Positions 37,661 through 42,551 of a stretch of DNA of 42,551 nt are shown here, in pieces. A program made the translations under genes and the position numbers. Each line of letters begins with the position of its first letter. Position 1 is the first letter of the stretch. Below the pieces are notes generated by a model. That model saw only the letters and a program-made list of their open reading frames with translations. It searched no databases and was not told the origin of the DNA. The DNA comes from Butyricicoccus sp. (lineage in GTDB: Bacteria; Bacillota; Clostridia; Oscillospirales; Butyricicoccaceae): the NCBI GenBank assembly GCA_031293105.1, contig JAUMSA010000091.1:1-42551 (forward strand). The letters run 5' to 3'.

Positions 37661-37710
37661 CCAAACTACCGGGTAGCCCTGATGCGGCACAGGCAAATTT
37701 CACCGATGTT

Positions 37711-40290
37711 TCACGCTGTAAACGGGGCAGTGGAAACGGACGTCACCGGCGGGACGGGGAGGTTTTGGAGGAATGGAACGATCTCTGTTTTGATAAACCG
37801 GATCATCGGCGGATCGGATTTCGCTTTTACAATCATCCCCGCCACGCTGAAGATCAAGCCCACCAGCATGCAGATAGCCCCCACAATGGGAATGGCATCA
37901 CAGACAACGCCCACCAGATCCAGCGTCATGGAGACGGCTTCCAGTATAACCGCAGCACCCAGACCGATGGCGTCCAGAATGTCCAACGCCTTGATGGCGG
38001 CCGAACGGTTGTTTTTGAAGTCCGCGATAATGTCCAGGGTGGTTATGACGACCGCCAAAGCCAGCAGTACAACATTCACGATCCGCAGAGCGATCTCTCC
38101 GATACGGAATAATTTCGTAAACCGGGATAACTGGGTTGTCACGCCGCTGGAGCTCTGGATGCTGCTCACATACCGGGCGGCATTTTCGGTGGTTTCCACC
38201 AGATCGGTACCACCGACATGGCCGATTCCCTGGATCACATCAAAATTTTCGCCGCCGAATTTCAGCCGGGTTGCGGCATTGAGCTTGTCCGCCAGGGAGG
38301 CGTTGGGATTGAGGAGCGTCTTGATGGAAAGCCAGCGCAGGGCCGTCTCCCCCGCATTGGCTGCCCCCGCAAGAAAGGCGCCGACCGCCTCCGCCTTTTG
38401 CAGCGTGTTTAATTCCGACCAACTGGTAAACATTTGAGCACAGAAGAACATCGAGAAGGCATACATGGAAAGAGCCGCGCATTTGCCGAACACAAGGGTC
38501 TTAGGATGCTCCGCGCACCATTTGTTGATTCTAGAAAAACATTGCAGCAGATCACCGATCGCCCCAACGCCGCTGATCGCTTCGTCGGCGATGTTGAGAC
38601 ATTGATCGATGAACTCTTTCCGGGTCAGTTCCCCATATTCGGCCAATTCCTCTTTGATTTCTTTTAGGATCTCATCCGAAAACTTGTCGCTTTTTTCTTT
38701 TGCCAGTTCATCGTACATAACTCCGAATACGTTCTCCATGATTTGGAGAAAAGTCGTCTTTCCATCCGCTTCGAAATTGACGTTGTTCATCATTTCCGCC
38801 ATGGACAGGTTATAAATCTGCATATACAGGGCCGCCCCGTAAGGCAGGCTTGCCGTCATGGTTTTCCCGCCGCTCTGATAGGGAATCTCATGTTTTTGGT
38901 CGTCCAAAAAAGTGAGAATCATAGAAAGATGGGTCACCTTGGACATCCCTTCTATGGTACTTGCCTTTAACAGCACTTTCCGTGCCACCGCATAGTCGTA
39001 GAGCTTCTGGGCCCAGTACGGACCATTGGCGTAATACTTACGCAGGGTGGGCGACATGGCCGAATAGACGTACTTGTTGATCTGCTGCATGGCCTTGCTG
39101 AACCCAGGATTCTGGTTCATGGCCCCATCGTGCGTCGTCCCACTCATGTAATAGGCACACCGCCCCGCCGGATCGCTGATCTCGTCCAAGGATTTTTGCA
39201 GCTGCGCGTCCGAAGACTTGGCCACCGCATTGCCCAAAGTGGCCTTGGCATACTGTTCCAAAAAGCTTTGGACATCCGTATCCTTTACCAAGTCCAATAG
39301 CGTTGCACTGATCTCCTCTACCCGCGTTTTGGCGTATTCCTTGGTGATGCCGAACATATCGGCGTAACTGACATCTTCCGACGAGGTATCGGCCATATAA
39401 TATACGGCCAGATAATACAGGGTTTCCGCCGACTTGTTCTGTACCTGTTGCTGTCCGGTCACCACCTTGTGATCATCGCCCACGACAGCACTGGGTTCGG
39501 GTATGGTATACAATTCATCGATGCTGCACGGCGGTTCGGCCCCTACTTTTTTCCGGAAGTTTTCTTTTAAGCGAGCATTGGTTTGTTGGCTCGCTTGAAA
39601 GGCTGCCCGGGCCCGGTACAACACCTGGTCCTGCTCCGGGATGACCACTTCCCCTTTCAGCGTGTTGTGAACGCCGCCATCGCCGCCTGCGGGTCCCTCG
39701 ATTTCTGTGACGCTGCCGGTCAGATCGTTGAAGGTGGCCCCGAACACCATATGCAGGTTTTTGACGAAAAAACCGTTCGGCATCATGGATGCCCCGATGC
39801 TCCAGATGGTGGACAAATCCAAATCGATGCAGAGTTCCTCGCCGACGGGCATCTGAAAACAGGTCTGCAAGGGATCGCCCTTTTTGTGATCCACGATCAG
39901 TTGATCTTTCGCCCAGAACTTACAATAAAAGATACCGTCTCCGGTCTCATCTTCCTCCCTGCCCAGGCAAAAGCGCATCGGAACTTCTTGATTGGCACTG
40001 CTTGTGTAGGACATCTGAAACTCGATCTCATAATCACACCGGAAGTCCCGGCGTGTTCCCTTGCACTCCAAAAAGCCGTTCAGCGGCAGGCCAAAGGAGT
40101 CCAGGTACAGGCAGCCGGATGCGTCGCCTTGCTCCCAATAATACGTCTTGTTGCCGTAATAGGCGTTGGTGGGTTTCCCGTCCACCAGAAAAGCACCCTC
40201 AACCATGGAAAGGGTAGGCGCCAATTCATTGGCAGACTCTGCCAAATGCAGATAAATCCGGGAGATATTACGAATGTTATAACTCGACAT
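37711..40290 (-). CDS. 859-aa hypothetical protein with C-terminal hydrophobic helices (pore-forming/translocation-domain-like)
   Basis: Long ORF with GGAGG RBS, overlapping the upstream gene's end; hydrophobic helices IALRIVNVVLLALAVVITTLDII and AIPIVGAICMLVGLIFSVAGMIV; no visible signal peptide. Confidence 0.8.
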   Translation of the reverse strand: MSSYNIRNISRIYLHLAESANELAPTLSMVEGAFLVDGKPTNAYYGNKTYYWEQGDASGCLYLDSFGLPLNGFLECKGTRRDFRCDYEIEFQMSYTSSANQEVPMRFCLGREEDETGDGIFYCKFWAKDQLIVDHKKGDPLQTCFQMPVGEELCIDLDLSTIWSIGASMMPNGFFVKNLHMVFGATFNDLTGSVTEIEGPAGGDGGVHNTLKGEVVIPEQDQVLYRARAAFQASQQTNARLKENFRKKVGAEPPCSIDELYTIPEPSAVVGDDHKVVTGQQQVQNKSAETLYYLAVYYMADTSSEDVSYADMFGITKEYAKTRVEEISATLLDLVKDTDVQSFLEQYAKATLGNAVAKSSDAQLQKSLDEISDPAGRCAYYMSGTTHDGAMNQNPGFSKAMQQINKYVYSAMSPTLRKYYANGPYWAQKLYDYAVARKVLLKASTIEGMSKVTHLSMILTFLDDQKHEIPYQSGGKTMTASLPYGAALYMQIYNLSMAEMMNNVNFEADGKTTFLQIMENVFGVMYDELAKEKSDKFSDEILKEIKEELAEYGELTRKEFIDQCLNIADEAISGVGAIGDLLQCFSRINKWCAEHPKTLVFGKCAALSMYAFSMFFCAQMFTSWSELNTLQKAEAVGAFLAGAANAGETALRWLSIKTLLNPNASLADKLNAATRLKFGGENFDVIQGIGHVGGTDLVETTENAARYVSSIQSSSGVTTQLSRFTKLFRIGEIALRIVNVVLLALAVVITTLDIIADFKNNRSAAIKALDILDAIGLGAAVILEAVSMTLDLVGVVCDAIPIVGAICMLVGLIFSVAGMIVKAKSDPPMIRFIKTEIVPFLQNLPVPPVTSVSTAPFTA

Positions 40291-41800
40291 TTTGAACCTC
40301 CATAAGAAACTGATGGATTGCGGCTGCTCCGAACACCTGGCCTACCAGGTCGCGGTTTTCCTGGACAAAGGTCAGGAAGGCCGTTCGATTTTCCGGGGTC
40401 ATGGCGGCCAGATTGTCCATAACCCGTTGGATGGTGATTTCCGGATAATTGAGAAGGCAAAGAAAGCCGTTGGCAAAATAAGAATTTCTTCCTTCCCGAA
40501 AATGCAGATCATGTCCCTCGAAATAGGGCGCGCTTTCCCGTACTTCCACCGGGATCTCGTCCACCCTGACCCACTCGGGGGTCAGGTTTCCCGATTCGTC
40601 CCGGCAAAGCATCTGCACAAAATCACCGACCTGCAAATGCTGCACATCAAAATGCGGATTGATCTGGTTGGACAGCGCCGGATGCAGGCTGCACCAGCCG
40701 CGTTTGGTCTTGACTGCGTGTTCCAGCGAGAGAAACGGCTTGCTTTGGTTGATGCCATACATCGCCGTTATGGAATGGTTCCGGATATGTTCCTCCGAAC
40801 AGATCGAAACCGTATTTCCTTCGCTGAGCACCTGCTCTCCGGGGCCGATATCCCGGATTGCCTTTTCCCTTCCATCTGCCATACGGATTGGTGTATCCGG
40901 CGCCACGCAGCCAGCTTGTCCCGGATAACTGGACCTCCATTCCGACTTGACATCATCAAAATGGGTCTGCATCGTTTTGGCCGAGCGCAGATTATATTTT
41001 TTCGCCAGACCATTGTCTAGCCATTGCACGACCGCTACACCCTTGTCGTATTCATGGTGGTGCAGCACTTGCCACGAGCCATACAGTCCCACGCCGCTGT
41101 AATATGTTGCGCCATACTCATCATGATTTTTGGAATTTGTGATAAGATTGGCGGCATTCTCCACCGCTTTGCGCAGGTGATATTCAAACAAGGTATCGGT
41201 CTGCTGATATTTGCCAAACCAGGGTCGCCCGGTGAGCTGTTGCAGCAAATCGTGTGGAAAAGCATTCGACCAGGCTTTCCAAACCGCATCATACTGTTCC
41301 GGTGCACACTGACGGACGACCGCCAAAAGCATTTTGGGCTGGTCATTCATCTTGTTCTGCGCATAGGTGATCTCCATGAGCAGGAACTCTTTTTCGCAAA
41401 GTCTTTTGACGATGGCTTTCATAAGCTCGGTGTTTGTTGCAGGATTTAATTGATGCGCCGCAAGATAGGAAATCAGCAACTTTTCCCCGAGGTCATCATG
41501 GGCCTTGAACCAGTCGCCCACGACGGAATAGGCACAGTTCTGCACCATGTCTTTCCAACTGCCGGAAAGCGTGCCAATGCCATAGCACATATATTTGACC
41601 GAAAGTTCCGCAAAGGCAGAGAACAGCGCAGCATCCATATTGGGTTTCACATCGTTGGGAAAAAAACAAGTTCGGACACTGTCTTCTGCCGTTTTGATCA
41701 AAGCCACAATCTGGGCTTCCTGAAAAACCGCAAAGCTGTCCTTGTCCGGATTGTCCGATGCCGCCGTTTGTATGCAGTCAAAAAAGTCATCCAATTCCAT
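40277..41800 (-). CDS. 507-aa protein with a C-proximal Hint (Hedgehog/intein) domain
   Basis: G|CVAPDTPIRMADG block A (Cys298), FLSLEH block B, HDL...SYFANGFL..N blocks F/G (Asn451); AAAGGAGG RBS. Confidence 0.88.
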   Translation of the reverse strand: MELDDFFDCIQTAASDNPDKDSFAVFQEAQIVALIKTAEDSVRTCFFPNDVKPNMDAALFSAFAELSVKYMCYGIGTLSGSWKDMVQNCAYSVVGDWFKAHDDLGEKLLISYLAAHQLNPATNTELMKAIVKRLCEKEFLLMEITYAQNKMNDQPKMLLAVVRQCAPEQYDAVWKAWSNAFPHDLLQQLTGRPWFGKYQQTDTLFEYHLRKAVENAANLITNSKNHDEYGATYYSGVGLYGSWQVLHHHEYDKGVAVVQWLDNGLAKKYNLRSAKTMQTHFDDVKSEWRSSYPGQAGCVAPDTPIRMADGREKAIRDIGPGEQVLSEGNTVSICSEEHIRNHSITAMYGINQSKPFLSLEHAVKTKRGWCSLHPALSNQINPHFDVQHLQVGDFVQMLCRDESGNLTPEWVRVDEIPVEVRESAPYFEGHDLHFREGRNSYFANGFLCLLNYPEITIQRVMDNLAAMTPENRTAFLTFVQENRDLVGQVFGAAAIHQFLMEVQNVEL

Positions 41801-41942
41801 GAGATTCCCTCCTTTCAGAAAATCATATGTAGAAAAAACGCGTCTTTTCGGTACTATGGTAATGGAATAAAACAGTGAAGATTGTCATATTTTAGTATGC
41901 TATCGATGTTTTTTCCGATTTTTTATGTTGTTAAAAAACAGC

Positions 41943-41982
41943 AAAAAAACTCCCCCATGGCGAAATGCGCCATGAAGGAGTT
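41943..41982 (-). terminator. Intrinsic terminator of the small membrane protein gene
   Basis: AACTCC..CATGGCG...CGCCATG..GGAGTT hairpin, followed by a T run on the minus strand. Confidence 0.7.
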
Positions 41983-42026
41983 CAGAGATTCAGGAAAAAT
42001 ATTCGTATTCGAACCCTTTTTTTGAT

Positions 42027-42305
42027 TCAGCTTCGCAGGAAGGCCTGCACCACGACAAAGATACCCAAGAGCAGGATGCCCAGCGCTCCGAGGTATTGTT
42101 TGCCCTGGATGTGGTCGCGGATATCCCAAATCCAATGGATGAACCGCAGCAGCAGGCTGGCAAATAGCAGAAAGACCCCCAGCGGCGCACCGATGCGGAA
42201 AAACGGATGGGGGTAGGCCACGCCGGATAAAATCAAAAGGACAAGCAGCAGGATGCCGAGCACGCCGGTCAGGATGGATACTTTGTAAAGGATGTGCTTT
42301 TTCAT
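42027..42305 (-). CDS. Small three-TM membrane protein
   Basis: GGAGG RBS before ATG 42305; three hydrophobic segments. Confidence 0.75.
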   Translation of the reverse strand: MKKHILYKVSILTGVLGILLLVLLILSGVAYPHPFFRIGAPLGVFLLFASLLLRFIHWIWDIRDHIQGKQYLGALGILLLGIFVVVQAFLRS

Positions 42306-42412
42306 AACCCGCGCCTCCGGTTCCGGAAATTCAGTGGATTTATGATACCATACCCGGGCTTTGGCTGGCAATCATCCGGGGCCAAAAGAAACAAAAAAGA
42401 GGCATTGCAGAC

Positions 42413-42551
42413 TGAACCGCCCCAGATTGTGCGGACAGCACAAAAAAGAGGCCTACAAGAGTAGAATAGACTGAATTAAAGACTGGCTTGGCGAAGCGAG
42501 AGCGGAGCCAGGCCAGTCTTTGTCTGGAGCCGCTCGTAATTGTAGAAATGG
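42413..42551 (-). mobile_element. Right end of an IS3-family element (continues beyond window)
   Basis: Terminal TGAACCGCCCC...; minus-strand reading ...HFYNYERLQTKTGLAPLSLRQASL* typical of IS3 OrfB C-termini. Confidence 0.8.

Noticed and set aside
37150..38112. 320-aa plus-strand ORF, and 36196-36681, sharing a YFRCGIQAANR...FCKTIFCKM peptide
   Set aside because: The similarity is just translation of the 174-bp DNA repeat; both overlap real minus-strand genes
40448..40909. Canonical mobile intein
   Set aside because: No homing endonuclease, no His-Asn|Cys/Ser/Thr junction, and the host is not a recognisable conserved enzyme

Overview
A 42.5-kb chromosomal stretch from what looks like an anaerobic gut-type Firmicute (Clostridia/Oscillospirales-like; inferred from gene content and Shine-Dalgarno style). 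Left half, metabolic: (i) an SDR/epimerase/sugar-ABC/Zn-dehydrogenase operon (50-6322); (ii) an N-methylhydantoin/N-carbamoylsarcosine (creatinine-pathway-like) operon with a divergent PII protein and an NCS1 permease fused to a cytidylate-kinase-like domain (6808-14226); (iii) an HTH regulator, an EamA transporter and a hemerythrin-CheX fusion. Right half, accessory: a stand-alone PLD-nuclease/P-loop ATPase gene and an HTH/small-ORF switch bracketed by a 17-bp direct repeat; a BlaI/M56 pair with a duplicated sensor domain; three Fic genes; a galactitol-type PTS island with its own HPr, flanked by IS21 and IS256 debris; a Phd-Fic pair; two families of structured intergenic repeats; a coupled two-gene locus encoding a Hint (intein/Hedgehog-like) autoprocessing protein and an 859-aa protein with a hydrophobic, pore-forming-like C-terminus (best candidate for an undescribed system); and the end of an IS3 element at the right edge. 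No rRNA, tRNA or CRISPR array was seen. All family calls come from motif recognition by eye, not database searches.
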